In this document: positions 48,220-59,743 of the stretch, one piece after another
Layout: every line of letters begins with the position of its first letter
How positions within the stretch are numbered: the stretch's first letter is position 1
Origin: an uncultured virus (IMG/VR IMGVR_UViG_3300021093_000053)
Taxonomy: Duplodnaviria; Heunggongvirae; Uroviricota; Caudoviricetes
Length of the DNA: 64,000 bases
Strand: one strand, 5' to 3'
Virus record (IMG/VR): IMGVR_UViG_3300021093_000053
Notes under the pieces: model-generated
What the model was told of the DNA's origin: nothing
What the model saw: the letters and a program-made list of their open reading frames with translations, nothing else
Database searches by the model: none
Position numbers and translations under genes: made by a program

Positions 48220-49728
48220 TTACATAACAATTATGTGTTTCTTTATCTTTTCTAAATTATTAATAACAAAAGGTTGTAAGGATTGAAAATAGTCTGTTTG
48301 TACTTTTAAAAGGTTGTCACTGTCCTCATTTCTGGTTTGACTTTCTAAGTGATACGCAACTAAAGAACCGTCATAATAATTATCAAATCCTAATGTTACA
48401 CATTTTAAATTCAACTCTACGTCCTCAAAACAACTAATATAATTTTCATTAAAATAACCACATTTCTCAAAAACATTTTTACGTATCATCAATAATGCCG
48501 CAGTAGAACCCACAACTTTTTTTACATTGGTTGTAAAATTGTAATACGATTTTAAATTAGAGTGTGTCACTTGGAAAGCTCTTTTTTTATCAATGAATGT
48601 GACAATACCATCATGTTGTATTGTGTTATCTTCATAATGAAGTCTTGCACCAACAGTACCAACCTTTTTATTGTCATTAAAAATTTTTAACATTCCGTAT
48701 ACAACGTTATTTAATAATTTAATATCGTTGTTTGAAAATAACAAATATTCATAATCACTTGAAATGTGATTTTTAACTATATCGTTATTTATCTGTGCAA
48801 AATTATAATAGTCATACTCGATTAGTTTTATATTACCCATTGGTAATATATTATTTTTAATCCATTCTTTTTCTTCTTTAGAAGACCCTGTATCACCAAT
48901 AAAAATATCAAATAAATCACTATTACAGTTTTTATAAAATGATTCTACACAATTAAATAAAAGATTAGTTTTACCTTTAGTGACAATAACGATTCCCACT
49001 TTACCAATATTCTTGATTGTTTTTTCAGTTATTTCAGGTATATAAACATCATTAGGTTTTAAATCTATTGGTAAATTTTTACCCCACTTTTCTAAAAATT
49101 TATCTTTAGACTCAAAAAATTCTTGATTAGGTTGACCTATTGATTCGTGAGTAATTTCAAATGACGAAGTTACTCCTAGTTTAACGTTATCTAAATAATT
49201 TGGGATGCAAAAACCGTGGTCATAAAAATGAAATTTACCAAAGGATTGGTCAAATAAATGTTTTATTTTTGTTTTATCAAATGAAATAAATAATCCATCA
49301 ACACTTACAACAGGAATTAAAAAAGGTAATTTGGGTGAATACTTACTTAAAAATTTTTTACCTCCTTTTGGATGGTGGTATACTTGACCAACCATTGTCT
49401 GTTGCATCCTTTCCCAATAAACACCTGATGAAGGGAAATAACAAGTACCTGCTTTTCCAATTATACCGAATTCGGGATTATTAGAAAAATCCTCAAGTAA
49501 TTTAACGCCCCATCCTTTTTCTAATTTAATATCGTTATGACAACAAACAATAATGTCATACTTAGCTTCTTTGATTCCTTGATTGTAAACTTCAGATAGT
49601 GAATATTCATTATGATTTACATAAGGTAATACTTGTACCCACTGAAGTCCTGATGTTAGTATAAGATGGTCATTAAATTTATCATTATACTCTTTGTCTT
49701 TATGTGTTGAATAGATTATTGTTATCAT
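48220..49728 (-). CDS. Two-domain glycosyltransferase (GT2-like x2)
   Basis: CCHNDI and FHFYD in the N-domain; FSNNDI, VGARL, FEDVELNL in the C-domain. Confidence 0.85.
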   Translation of the reverse strand: MITIIYSTHKDKEYNDKFNDHLILTSGLQWVQVLPYVNHNEYSLSEVYNQGIKEAKYDIIVCCHNDIKLEKGWGVKLLEDFSNNPEFGIIGKAGTCYFPSSGVYWERMQQTMVGQVYHHPKGGKKFLSKYSPKLPFLIPVVSVDGLFISFDKTKIKHLFDQSFGKFHFYDHGFCIPNYLDNVKLGVTSSFEITHESIGQPNQEFFESKDKFLEKWGKNLPIDLKPNDVYIPEITEKTIKNIGKVGIVIVTKGKTNLLFNCVESFYKNCNSDLFDIFIGDTGSSKEEKEWIKNNILPMGNIKLIEYDYYNFAQINNDIVKNHISSDYEYLLFSNNDIKLLNNVVYGMLKIFNDNKKVGTVGARLHYEDNTIQHDGIVTFIDKKRAFQVTHSNLKSYYNFTTNVKKVVGSTAALLMIRKNVFEKCGYFNENYISCFEDVELNLKCVTLGFDNYYDGSLVAYHLESQTRNEDSDNLLKVQTDYFQSLQPFVINNLEKIKKHIIVM

Positions 49729-51046
49729 AAATTTCGTCGAATTTATCTTTCATTTCATGAAAGAATGGTGTTATTAAAGTTTGATGTGGAAAATCAATAT
49801 AGTTATCATCATTAAAAGTTGGTTTTGGTCCATGAAAATGTAAAATTTTAATGCCATTAAACGGACCCCAATAAGGTTTATAATTAAACCTATAGTTTAA
49901 TCTTTCAATTGATTCATTATAAAACATTTTGTACGCGTCTTGGTCGTACACATTAAATTTACTTAAATTTAATTTAATAAATTCAACGAACTCATTATAG
50001 GTATCTTTTAAATACCTCCAATTAATCCACATTACGCCGCTATTCATATCCCAATGTTTACCAACTTTTGTAAATTCCCCAGCACACATAAATGTATTAG
50101 GTTTGTTATCTAAAATGTCAGAAATATCTGACATAAACATAACATCATTATCGGTATACAAAACATAATCATCTTTAATATCAAGAGATTCACACACAAT
50201 TGGTATATCAACTCTTAAAAAGGCTCCATAAGCAATTGTGTCATCACCGTAGTGTTTTTTTAAATCATCATAAAATGTTATCCTATGGTTTATTACTGTA
50301 ACACCAAGTTTAGTTAATTCCTCGATATGGGAATCTTCTTCACCATCAAGTATTAAGATAGGTGTTAAAAACGGATTTGTTTTTTTTGCGGTTATCACCG
50401 CAACTTTATACATCTTTATATAGTTTAAATAACTATTTTGATTATGAGTGTTTAATCCAGTAAACCAATAAACATTCTTTGTTTGGTTATCTTTATTAGA
50501 AATTAATTTATACCAAGAACCGTCACCATAACTATTATCAGGTTTACCTAACATTTCGTTGACCGCAACTCTAACACCCGCAATATGTCTATGAACATTA
50601 ACAAACTCATCAGTTTGATAATCATGACCTGAAATAACTTTTTTAACCAACGGACTCCAATGAACGATGTCATTTTTAACACATTCATATTTATGACAGG
50701 CATCAATATAAACCATATCACATTCTATAGAATAATCTGTAGTATAACCTTTAATTTTTCTAATATTTCCGTATAAAGAAGCTCTCAAATCAAATTGTTC
50801 CTCAACATCAACGTAATCGGCATAACTAGCGGAATCCGCATCATCAAATCCACCTTCCCAAGAGTCAATACATATTATAATTCCGTTTGGGAATTCTTGA
50901 GCGAAGATTGCACTACTCTCACCCATATAGGAACCTAACTCAACAATTGTAGGAGATTCCCCTAATATGGGTTTTAAATCTTGACATAATTTTCTTAACT
51001 CTAACTCAAAATCATGAGTTCTCATTACAGTCTTCAATTCTTTCAT
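49700..51046 (-). CDS. Class I SAM methyltransferase fused to GT8-like glycosyltransferase
   Basis: VELGSYMGES, YIDACH, GHDY; then FLRVDIP, YTDNDV, NSGVM, DQDA, HFHGPKP. Confidence 0.85.
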   Translation of the reverse strand: MKELKTVMRTHDFELELRKLCQDLKPILGESPTIVELGSYMGESSAIFAQEFPNGIIICIDSWEGGFDDADSASYADYVDVEEQFDLRASLYGNIRKIKGYTTDYSIECDMVYIDACHKYECVKNDIVHWSPLVKKVISGHDYQTDEFVNVHRHIAGVRVAVNEMLGKPDNSYGDGSWYKLISNKDNQTKNVYWFTGLNTHNQNSYLNYIKMYKVAVITAKKTNPFLTPILILDGEEDSHIEELTKLGVTVINHRITFYDDLKKHYGDDTIAYGAFLRVDIPIVCESLDIKDDYVLYTDNDVMFMSDISDILDNKPNTFMCAGEFTKVGKHWDMNSGVMWINWRYLKDTYNEFVEFIKLNLSKFNVYDQDAYKMFYNESIERLNYRFNYKPYWGPFNGIKILHFHGPKPTFNDDNYIDFPHQTLITPFFHEMKDKFDEIYDNNNLFNT

Positions 51047-51642
51047 ATTCCTGTAGAACCAAATCCATTCTCCCCTCTATCTTTATTTTTTTGATTTTTA
51101 TTTTCGGTTAACTCTACCCATTTACCATTTACTACAGGACATAAAACCGCTTGAGCAACTTTCATTCCTTTTGGAATCATAACATTATAGTTGTTGGTGT
51201 TAAATATAATCACCTGTATCTCTCCTGTATAACCATTATCTACAGTACCTGGTGAATTTAATACCATTAAACCTTGTTTTAAAGATAACCCACTTTTAGA
51301 CCTTACCTGAATTTCATATCCGTCTTTAATGTCTAAAGAAATTCCTGTTGGTACCAAAACTCTACCAAATGGAGGGATATCAACGTCAATTACAGAATGT
51401 AAATCAAATCCTGAATCGCTTGGATAATTGTATTTTGGCTCAACGGAATCAGGGTGTAACTTTACAAATCCAAGAGGTAATTTAGGGTTGTAGTTGGATA
51501 AATCATCCTCGAGAGATTTCATATCTAACCCAAAGTCATTTAAAATCATATCATAATCCAACTCACCGTTCCCACTCTCATCAATCATTTTTTGGAGTTT
51601 TTTTGCATACTCACTTAAGTCTAAATCATCAAGTCCATTCAT
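51043..51642 (-). CDS. dut: Trimeric dUTPase with acidic N-terminal extension
   Basis: SGFDL, RSKSGL, GTVDNGYTGE, AQAV, RGENGFGSTG. Confidence 0.95.
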   Translation of the reverse strand: MNGLDDLDLSEYAKKLQKMIDESGNGELDYDMILNDFGLDMKSLEDDLSNYNPKLPLGFVKLHPDSVEPKYNYPSDSGFDLHSVIDVDIPPFGRVLVPTGISLDIKDGYEIQVRSKSGLSLKQGLMVLNSPGTVDNGYTGEIQVIIFNTNNYNVMIPKGMKVAQAVLCPVVNGKWVELTENKNQKNKDRGENGFGSTGI

Positions 51643-52352
51643 TATTGTAAATTTTTTAATTTTTTAATTGTGTCGACTAAAACAACAACATCTTTTTCAC
51701 AGTATTCTGAGATTGATTTTAAATCTTGTTTTTCCCAATAGGTTTCATGTACCTTATCACCTGTAACTTCACCATCTTTAGGTGTTGGGATTTCTAAACA
51801 ACTACACATTAAATCTAATGAACCAATTGAGGAGTACGCTCCGTATTGCCAAATTTCTTTAGTGTCAATTGCCTTTACTTCCCATGGTTTTGTATCATAA
51901 GATGGAAGAATTTTTGACGGCATAATACCATTGATAATCATTCTTTTAGCTAACATCGGGATATCAAAATTCTTAAGATTGTGACCACATAAATAAAAAT
52001 CTAATTTGTGACACCTATCAAGTAAATTTCTAACTTGGATTAATAATTCTTTTTCGTTATTACCTGAAAAAGTTTGTTTTTTAACATCTCCATTATCCAT
52101 AACAAACGCCATTGATACACAAACTATTTTTGCAAACTCAGGTACTAGAGCAGCTCTTCGTTTAAACATAAAATTTTTAGAGTCGATGTCAACCGTAGCA
52201 TCTTCAGGGAATCTTTTTTGGAACCAATCAAAATACTTTTCAAATTGACTAGCAATCTCAGGACTAAATTTTTGACAAGAATCATAGTCGGGACAACCCC
52301 CGACAGTTTCAATGTCTAAGAATAAAATTTTTGTAATTGGTATATTAATCAT
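51642..52352 (-). CDS. PolB-like 3'-5' exonuclease (DEDDy)
   Basis: FLDIET, GHNLKNFDIP, YCEKDV. Confidence 0.9.
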   Translation of the reverse strand: MINIPITKILFLDIETVGGCPDYDSCQKFSPEIASQFEKYFDWFQKRFPEDATVDIDSKNFMFKRRAALVPEFAKIVCVSMAFVMDNGDVKKQTFSGNNEKELLIQVRNLLDRCHKLDFYLCGHNLKNFDIPMLAKRMIINGIMPSKILPSYDTKPWEVKAIDTKEIWQYGAYSSIGSLDLMCSCLEIPTPKDGEVTGDKVHETYWEKQDLKSISEYCEKDVVVLVDTIKKLKNLQ

Positions 52353-52355
52353 AAC

Positions 52356-53573
52356 TTATTTAATTAGTGATTTGTAAAATTCTTTTCGCAAAGTAGTAAC
52401 ATTTTGCAAATTGTATTTGTCTTTAACAGTTTCATATAGTCTTTCACCCATATCTGTCATTAGGTTTGGATTTTGTAATAATTTTTTAATGAATTTATGC
52501 CAATCACTATGATTTCTATTTTCATTAACTAACATAGCATTACCATCAACAAACTCACCATTTTTTAGACAATGTTTAAGGTCTATAGTGTAAGGTCCTA
52601 TTTCGGAAGCGATTAATGCCTTTTTATAAAATCCCGCCTCAATCACTTTTAATTGAGATTTCATTCTATTGAATATGTGGTTTTTGATTGGAGCTAAAGA
52701 TATGTCAAACTTAGAGTAGTTAGAGGCATATTGTGTTACAGGTCTTGTCCATACTCTAACATAAGGTAATGACTTATCAGTCATATAATTTTTTTCCTCA
52801 TACAACGTTAGATATTTTTTATAGTCTTCATCGATAATACTATATTTATCTGTAAATATTTCTTCATAACGAGCCCAAACAGTTTCTTCAGGTCTAATTG
52901 GTCTTTGTTTTTTTTCTCCCGTTTGTTTGTTAATTTCTGTTATATGACCTCTAGTATCGAAACCACATAAAACATATTGTATGTTATTTTTTAATGAACT
53001 GTTTTTTGTTACAAATCCATCTAATAACTTTAAATCATGTAAGTGGGAAGAACCACCTAACCAACCAACTCTAATTCTATCAGATTCTAATGTTGGTTCT
53101 TTAAACTGAGGTTCATTTGGGTCCACTGCATTTGGTAAAACAATTACGTTTTTGTTAAATTTACGTATTTCATTTGCAAATATTTCAGTAGTTGTTGTAA
53201 CATAACTAGCTTCTTTTAGATTAGCAACAATTTTTTCATGTATTTTTTCTTGTAAAATAATACTATGGATAGGATGTTCTTTTGTCGGTAACCAATAATC
53301 ATCAATATCAACTACTACAACAATACCCATTGATTTTAAATTTCTAATTATCGCAGGACAGGAGTCGTAATTTTGACCAATGTTTCTATGTACATGGACT
53401 ATTTGGTACTTCTTCCAATAATTGGGGTCACTAATTCTTGGTTCATAATCGATATCGACATGAAAATCATCATTATACATGTTTTGTAACATTATATGGG
53501 GGTCAATCGACCTAAATTTACCAACACCTGTACGGTCTGATGGTAATACTAAAACTTTAATTTTTTCTGACAT
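52356..53573 (-). CDS. Glycosyltransferase, GT4/GT-B-like
   Basis: DIDDYW, VLPNA, GWLGGSSH..DL, DISLAP, KSQLKVIEAG; ATG53573 preferred. Confidence 0.85.
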   Translation of the reverse strand: MSEKIKVLVLPSDRTGVGKFRSIDPHIMLQNMYNDDFHVDIDYEPRISDPNYWKKYQIVHVHRNIGQNYDSCPAIIRNLKSMGIVVVVDIDDYWLPTKEHPIHSIILQEKIHEKIVANLKEASYVTTTTEIFANEIRKFNKNVIVLPNAVDPNEPQFKEPTLESDRIRVGWLGGSSHLHDLKLLDGFVTKNSSLKNNIQYVLCGFDTRGHITEINKQTGEKKQRPIRPEETVWARYEEIFTDKYSIIDEDYKKYLTLYEEKNYMTDKSLPYVRVWTRPVTQYASNYSKFDISLAPIKNHIFNRMKSQLKVIEAGFYKKALIASEIGPYTIDLKHCLKNGEFVDGNAMLVNENRNHSDWHKFIKKLLQNPNLMTDMGERLYETVKDKYNLQNVTTLRKEFYKSLIK

Positions 53574-53666
53574 ATTTTTATATATAACATAGAAAATATA
53601 GTCAGATAAACAGACATTATCAATATAATAATAAATAAAAAACCCCATCGATTGACGGGGTTCAAG

Positions 53667-54260
53667 TTATTGTACTTTTTTAATTTTGGTTACCTTACCT
53701 TCAAAAATGTGTTTTCCAACTTTAAATTGGAAAAGCTCATTTGATTTTTGGGTTGATTCGGTCAACAAACCGTTTTCAGATAAAACTTCTTCAACAGTTT
53801 CTCTCACAATATCTTTAATTTGTTTTGCGGTAAGTGAACTACTAATTTGATTTGGATTAGTTTGTTGTCTTTTAGGATTTGTCTCATTTATGACATTACC
53901 ATTAGAATTCATTAACCTCGTAGCTTTCTCAACTAACTCATTTGATAAAGTGGGACCTGACATACCATTAGGTTGTGCAATTGGATATTCTATCATAAGT
54001 TGTTTTATTTCATCTGGTAATTTAGACCCCATAATTCTATCTACCGTAGGTGTTTCGGTATTATAAATTGGTTTTGATTGTTCCATCATAAATTCTTGTG
54101 GAATGTTGTAATTAGCTTTAGGATTATCAAAATTTTCAGTATTGGGAATGTTGTAATTTGCCAATGGTACATTTTGACCACTTCTCGGCATTTGATTATG
54201 AATATCCATCATTTTTTTGGATATCATTAATTTTTGTAATAAATCATTTTCGTTTGTCAT
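53667..54260 (-). CDS. Hypothetical protein
   Basis: 197-aa ORF. Confidence 0.8.
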   Translation of the reverse strand: MTNENDLLQKLMISKKMMDIHNQMPRSGQNVPLANYNIPNTENFDNPKANYNIPQEFMMEQSKPIYNTETPTVDRIMGSKLPDEIKQLMIEYPIAQPNGMSGPTLSNELVEKATRLMNSNGNVINETNPKRQQTNPNQISSSLTAKQIKDIVRETVEEVLSENGLLTESTQKSNELFQFKVGKHIFEGKVTKIKKVQ

Positions 54261-54262
54261 AT

Positions 54263-54664
54263 TTAAATGTTTTCTTCTTCATTATTAAAGACCGCGTTAA
54301 TCACTACTCTTTTCATACTTCTATCACCTCTTGGATTATAACCAGGTTTTGGTGTGTTAAAATTTTCAGCGGTCGGTTTAAATGATAAAATTTTATCAAG
54401 TCTAAAAAGTCTCCACCCAGGTAATGGTTGTTCACCTTTATATCCTGTGTGTGAAGAACCTTCTTCATCCCAAGCTCTTAAAACAGGGTTATCCGCTTTA
54501 CTGTAACCAAAACAAACAGGTTCAATAACACGTAATCCCCTACCACCTGGCTCGTCACCATCATAATAAATTACTATTTTTTGTTTTTTCTTAATAGAAT
54601 CTATTATAGACTCGACAGAAGCTACTTCTAAAATAAGTGATTTAGTTATGTTGTAAAGTTTCAT
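54263..54664 (-). CDS. Stand-alone WYL-domain protein
   Basis: I.YY......R.IEP..FG......LRAW.....WRLFRLDKI. Confidence 0.8.
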   Translation of the reverse strand: MKLYNITKSLILEVASVESIIDSIKKKQKIVIYYDGDEPGGRGLRVIEPVCFGYSKADNPVLRAWDEEGSSHTGYKGEQPLPGWRLFRLDKILSFKPTAENFNTPKPGYNPRGDRSMKRVVINAVFNNEEENI

Positions 54665-54960
54665 TACGCGGATGGTGTTGTGTATGGTTTGTTAGGTTGA
54701 TATTCGTTAATAACTATTTCAGCTTTTCTTTCCAAAATATCTTGGATTGCTCCTGCTCCTTGGTTATAAACATCTAAAAATCCTCCCGTACCTTTACCTT
54801 GCTCATCACCATCGGCTAAAGCATCAGGATTAACACTTGAGTATTCATTTGCGGTCTTTTTAAAATCATTTTTAGGTAATAATTTAGCTCTTTCCGCCTC
54901 AGCTATTGAACTTAACTCATTTTTAGGTTGTTCAAAATTTAAAGGTTCATTTACTGCCAT
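54664..54960 (-). CDS. Hypothetical protein
   Basis: 98-aa ORF with TAATG coupling. Confidence 0.75.
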   Translation of the reverse strand: MAVNEPLNFEQPKNELSSIAEAERAKLLPKNDFKKTANEYSSVNPDALADGDEQGKGTGGFLDVYNQGAGAIQDILERKAEIVINEYQPNKPYTTPSA

Positions 54961-54962
54961 TT

Positions 54963-55433
54963 TTAAATTATTTTTTTAATTAAGTCGTTTATGCGTTTTA
55001 GGCTTTCGGTAACCTCCAAATTATAATATTCGGTGTTACTACTATGACTTTTTGATGGTCTATTTAAATTGTTTATTCCATTTTTTTCATGTGGGTCTAT
55101 AAATTGGTTAGGAAGAACTTCAGACCTATTTTGTTTTAAACTATGTACACCATCCCTCATTGATGTTAGGGTATTATCAACCCAATTTCTAACATAATGA
55201 CCTCCATTTAATATAAATGGTAAATCGTTTTCTCTTCCATTGAATGAATCAAACCAATTTTTCATTCTTTTTAGTTGTTGGTATGAAATTTCACCATTAT
55301 CTCTAAGTTCTTTATTTCTTCTAAAACCTTCGGTGTTTTCATCCGCACCTTGAGCTGCGTCATGACATTGTTTTAAATAGGTCATAACATCTTCAGGTAA
55401 TTGGACTTTATTTCCGTATAAATCTTTATTCAC
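54963..55433 (-). CDS. Hypothetical protein
   Basis: 156-aa ORF. Confidence 0.75.
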   Translation of the reverse strand: MNKDLYGNKVQLPEDVMTYLKQCHDAAQGADENTEGFRRNKELRDNGEISYQQLKRMKNWFDSFNGRENDLPFILNGGHYVRNWVDNTLTSMRDGVHSLKQNRSEVLPNQFIDPHEKNGINNLNRPSKSHSSNTEYYNLEVTESLKRINDLIKKII

Positions 55434-56259
55434 TGGTTTTTAAAATACTTATAAGTTTATTAATACTTATACCTTCTTTGTCGGCAATTTTTTTAATTGA
55501 TTGTAAGTTTTTAACTAATATTTTACTAACAGGGGAATCTTTTCTAACAACGTCAGAATAATCACTATCCTTTTTAGATAACATATCCTCAACCATTTTA
55601 ATCATTCTTTGTTTTTGTGCCTCTTCTAAAGAACCCTTCTCAACTAAACGTTGTTTAAGTTTACCCTTTTTTCTTTTTTGACCTTTTAATTTACCAAAGT
55701 CATTAGTCCTCTCAACAGGGTTATCAACACCCATATCTTTAAGAGTTTTTACTGATTCGATAAAATCCATATCTTTAGTTTCTTCATAACCAAAGGCATC
55801 TGAAAAATCAATCTCTTTAACAATATCTCCATCCTTTTCTTCACTTTCACCGTAATAAACTCTATAACCTCTAGTTACAGGGTCATTGGTTTGTCTTGTG
55901 GCAACAATAGTTTGGTCCATTGTCTTCTTTGGGTGTAAGTACATATTAATAAATGGAATACTTGAGTCTCTAAAGGTACCGTCAGAACCTATTAATTCAT
56001 TTATTTCTTTAGTATCACTAACATCATCAAGTTCTTTTTCAATATCCTTCTTTTTAACTTTTTCTTTCTTGGTTAAAAATTTTTGGACAATTGATTTAAC
56101 TTTTTTCTCATCTTTTTTATTGAAGTCTTTTTTGTTATCGGTTTTTCTAGATTCGGATAAAGTTTCCGCAACAGAATAATATAGGGAAATTTTATCACCT
56201 TTATCTTTAAGGAAAAAATAACAATTATTATTAAAGTATTCTTTATTAAAATTAATCAT
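55426..56259 (-). CDS. Hypothetical protein
   Basis: 277-aa ORF with TATTTAT upstream (56273-56279, minus strand). Confidence 0.75.
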   Translation of the reverse strand: MINFNKEYFNNNCYFFLKDKGDKISLYYSVAETLSESRKTDNKKDFNKKDEKKVKSIVQKFLTKKEKVKKKDIEKELDDVSDTKEINELIGSDGTFRDSSIPFINMYLHPKKTMDQTIVATRQTNDPVTRGYRVYYGESEEKDGDIVKEIDFSDAFGYEETKDMDFIESVKTLKDMGVDNPVERTNDFGKLKGQKRKKGKLKQRLVEKGSLEEAQKQRMIKMVEDMLSKKDSDYSDVVRKDSPVSKILVKNLQSIKKIADKEGISINKLISILKTSE

Positions 56260-56310
56260 GACTTTTTTATCAATAAATACTTCGTTTTAATGTATTTATC
56301 ATAAAAAAAG

Positions 56311-59160
56311 ATGTCGAGTCAAAATATAAATCAATATGTAAGGAACAACCTATACCCAAAACTTTATTTGGATAGTTATGATATGTCCCTAACATCTGAT
56401 GAAACAGATTTTAATCAGGAGGTTGTTTTCTCACCTTATTTAATCGCTCAAACATATGGTAATAAACTACCAATCAATATTGACATAAATAATATTGATA
56501 CCGTCCAAAATTTAAATTTAACATATAAAAATTATAACAATAACAATATTTTTGTTTCTCAAAATTATTACAACCCTGATAAATTAGATTTGAAATGTTT
56601 TACTGCAGAAACTTCATGTGATATAGGTTTAACAGGAATTGATAACGGTTTAGTAAATAAAATGACAGGTCAAACCATAACATTTACTAAAGGTTTATTT
56701 TCAGATTTTTTAAAATTTGATAGGTTAAGTTTTGATAGAAGATTCAAAATGTTCCAAGTAACGGGGTATACAAATACTCCAAATGTAAGATTTTCTGGTT
56801 TTAATAATACCGTATTATATGAAGTCGTTAGTAAAAACGACCCTGTAATCGGTAGATACCACGAATTATATGGAGGGTTTTATCAAGGGTTTTATAAACT
56901 TCATGGTTATGATTATGAAATTTTTCCTGAAAGGATGACCAAAGGGTGGTCGGTCGAAATGATTCTTAAACCGAGATTATTTAATGAATATGTACTAGGA
57001 CCTGGCGAGACAACATTAAATGGGATATACCCAAATAATAAAAATACATTTTTTTATTTTGGTACTAGAGCCGAGAATAAGTTTTATCATCATGCGGATG
57101 GTACTCCTGATTGTTTTACAGGTTATACTCGAGTAACAACTCCTTTAACGGGTTTAAGTACATGCGCATGTTGTGATTTAACAATAAAGAATAGTAGATG
57201 TATATATGTATACCCGCCAAGGTCTAAGGATGGTAAACATGACCCTAGAGTTAATTATGGTTGTGATACATGTGGTGGTTTAAAGACAAAACAGTTATCA
57301 TGCGGGTGTGGTTGCGACAAACCACAATGTGAGAATTGTGGGTGGGAATGTCAAACACACATTTGCCCAACAACACCCACCCCAACCCCAACTCAAAGTC
57401 CTACACCAACCCCAACAAGTAATAATTGTATTGTTACCCCTACTTGTACACCTACATGTACTAAGTGTGATACTTGCGATGACTGTTTAGATTGTAAACC
57501 TGAAGGTTTTTCTTCTATTGAGGACACTTGTGAAAAGGACCCATTATACGACTCAATGTCAAATGCTTTTTCATTAAGATTATGTGGAGACCCTAAAAAC
57601 CCAAAAATAGGTGTTAGATTTTTAAGATTTACAGGTGATTGTACAACTTCAGGAGAGTGTTCTACTAGTGGAATCACATACTCAACGGGATATACTATAA
57701 CTGATATATGTACACCACCAATATACCCAAGATGTGAAAAAGAAAATCCTGCTTGGTTAAATGAAGAACATTGGTTCCAAGTTAATGTTGTTTGGGAAAG
57801 ATATACTTGGTTCGATTACTGTGATTTAAAATATCGTGGTGGATTAGGTGATATAACTAAACAAGTTTATTTAGAATCTTTAGCAAATAATACAACCTCA
57901 TTAATTAGTACTCCTTACACAAAAGAAAATGGTAAAGTTGCTGAAAAAATGGATATCATCAATTTAAATGAAAAATGGTTAATTGAGGGTAAAATGAGAA
58001 AGGGTAGATTAAAAATCTACATTAATGGTAAGATATTTCACACTATCGAGGATTTTGAGGAAATTATACCAAGAGCTCTAAATACTGATAAAGAAAAACA
58101 GGTTGGTGTACCATTTAATATCTCATGGGGCGGAGGAACACAAGGGCTTAGAGAAAACTTAACCTTCTCCTCAACAACAATTCCTAATGGACCCTATATC
58201 CAAGACCCTGAGTGTTTTCCAACTAATGATTTAACGGCAACAACATTCAATGGGTTAACTACTAATATTTTAATCGAACAAAATTTTGCAGGTACTTTTG
58301 ATGGAGGAATCTCACAATTTAGAATGTATGTAGAACCATTATCGGCACCTGAAGTTAAACACAATTTTAAATTACTTGTAAGTAAATTTAATATGTTTAA
58401 TCCAGATTGTCCTAATTGTTCAACAACAATATGTAAACCTGACGACATTACTTATATACTTTCTGCAGATACTCCAACCACAACAACTGAAGACCCATTT
58501 GGTAACGAACCTTTAGGTAGATTATATATTGAGGATTTAAGAGATAAAAATTATTTGATTGAAAGGAAGTTAAAATTAACTCCTAATAAACCAACTACAA
58601 TGTATTGGGAGTCCGATGAATGGTGGGGAGACCAAGGAAAAACTTCTGAATGTGTTGGTTACGCTTGGGCTCATTGGGTCGAGGACGGGCCAATCAAACA
58701 TAGCGGTATCGCTCCAATAGTTCACCCAACAATTATTTATAAAGAAGCTCAAAAAATAGATGAGTGGCCTGGTGAAAATTATAAAGGAACTTCTGTTAGA
58801 GCGGGGGCCAAATATTTAAAGAGTATTGGTAGAATTGAGCAATATTTATGGACTTATGATATAAACGTTTTAATATCGACTGTATTAACTAAAGGACCTG
58901 TTGTTGTCGGTACTAATTGGTACTCATCGATGAATAGACCTAATATTAATGGTTTAATGAAAGTTTCGGGTTTCAAGATTGGAGGTCATGCCTATGTTAT
59001 CAATGGTGTTGATACAATTAAAAAACAATTTAGAATTAAAAATAGTTGGGGTCGTTCTTGGGGTAAACAAGGACATGCCTTTATTTCTTTTAATGATATG
59101 AATAAACTTATTAGACAAAACGGTGAAGTTTGTTTAGCTATAGAAAAAAGGTCTAACTAA
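56311..59160 (+). CDS. Large Cys-rich putative virion protein with C-terminal papain-like (C1) peptidase
   Basis: LamG-like LKIYING...[11 protein letters not shown]; Cys-rich/TP insert; [27 protein letters not shown] catalytic motifs. Confidence 0.8.
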   Translation: MSSQNINQYVRNNLYPKLYLDSYDMSLTSDETDFNQEVVFSPYLIAQTYGNKLPINIDINNIDTVQNLNLTYKNYNNNNIFVSQNYYNPDKLDLKCFTAETSCDIGLTGIDNGLVNKMTGQTITFTKGLFSDFLKFDRLSFDRRFKMFQVTGYTNTPNVRFSGFNNTVLYEVVSKNDPVIGRYHELYGGFYQGFYKLHGYDYEIFPERMTKGWSVEMILKPRLFNEYVLGPGETTLNGIYPNNKNTFFYFGTRAENKFYHHADGTPDCFTGYTRVTTPLTGLSTCACCDLTIKNSRCIYVYPPRSKDGKHDPRVNYGCDTCGGLKTKQLSCGCGCDKPQCENCGWECQTHICPTTPTPTPTQSPTPTPTSNNCIVTPTCTPTCTKCDTCDDCLDCKPEGFSSIEDTCEKDPLYDSMSNAFSLRLCGDPKNPKIGVRFLRFTGDCTTSGECSTSGITYSTGYTITDICTPPIYPRCEKENPAWLNEEHWFQVNVVWERYTWFDYCDLKYRGGLGDITKQVYLESLANNTTSLISTPYTKENGKVAEKMDIINLNEKWLIEGKMRKGRLKIYINGKIFHTIEDFEEIIPRALNTDKEKQVGVPFNISWGGGTQGLRENLTFSSTTIPNGPYIQDPECFPTNDLTATTFNGLTTNILIEQNFAGTFDGGISQFRMYVEPLSAPEVKHNFKLLVSKFNMFNPDCPNCSTTICKPDDITYILSADTPTTTTEDPFGNEPLGRLYIEDLRDKNYLIERKLKLTPNKPTTMYWESDEWWGDQGKTSECVGYAWAHWVEDGPIKHSGIAPIVHPTIIYKEAQKIDEWPGENYKGTSVRAGAKYLKSIGRIEQYLWTYDINVLISTVLTKGPVVVGTNWYSSMNRPNINGLMKVSGFKIGGHAYVINGVDTIKKQFRIKNSWGRSWGKQGHAFISFNDMNKLIRQNGEVCLAIEKRSN

Positions 59161-59723
59161 TGAGTGAAATTATAGTAATAAAAAGTATAAATTACGATGG
59201 TGAATTGGCGAATGTGTTATTTAAACCATCGGGGTCTAACAAAGTCATTAATTTGGGTAATATTACATTACCTTTTGAATTCGACCCTTCTTTATTAGTT
59301 CCTCCTTTAAAACCATATGGTGATTACACTATTTTCCTTGTTGAGGAAAGTTGTACTTATTATTTAAACGTTCCTGCACCAACTCCAACTCCAACACCTA
59401 GTAACACAACTACAAAAACCCCCACACCAACACCAACTCCTACCCAAACACCAACTCAAACTATTGACCCTTGTAAATTTATTACACCAACACCAACTAA
59501 AAGTGTTACACCAACTAAAACACCTAAATCATCTCCAACACCTACACCAAGTTGGGACCCGTGTATAACACCATTCCCAACTAAAACTCCAACACCTACT
59601 AATACTCAAACGCCTACATTAACTCCAACACCAACACTTATTACTTATTATATCACGAGTGAATCGGGTAATCCTATAATTTCTGAAGATAATAATTATA
59701 TTATTCCTGAAGATTGTGAATAA
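59160..59723 (+). CDS. Thr/Pro-rich putative virion protein
   Basis: 187 aa with (PT)n tracts and a C-terminal [13 protein letters not shown] motif. Confidence 0.75.
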   Translation: MSEIIVIKSINYDGELANVLFKPSGSNKVINLGNITLPFEFDPSLLVPPLKPYGDYTIFLVEESCTYYLNVPAPTPTPTPSNTTTKTPTPTPTPTQTPTQTIDPCKFITPTPTKSVTPTKTPKSSPTPTPSWDPCITPFPTKTPTPTNTQTPTLTPTPTLITYYITSESGNPIISEDNNYIIPEDCE

Positions 59724-59743
59724 CGATAAATATATATTATTAA

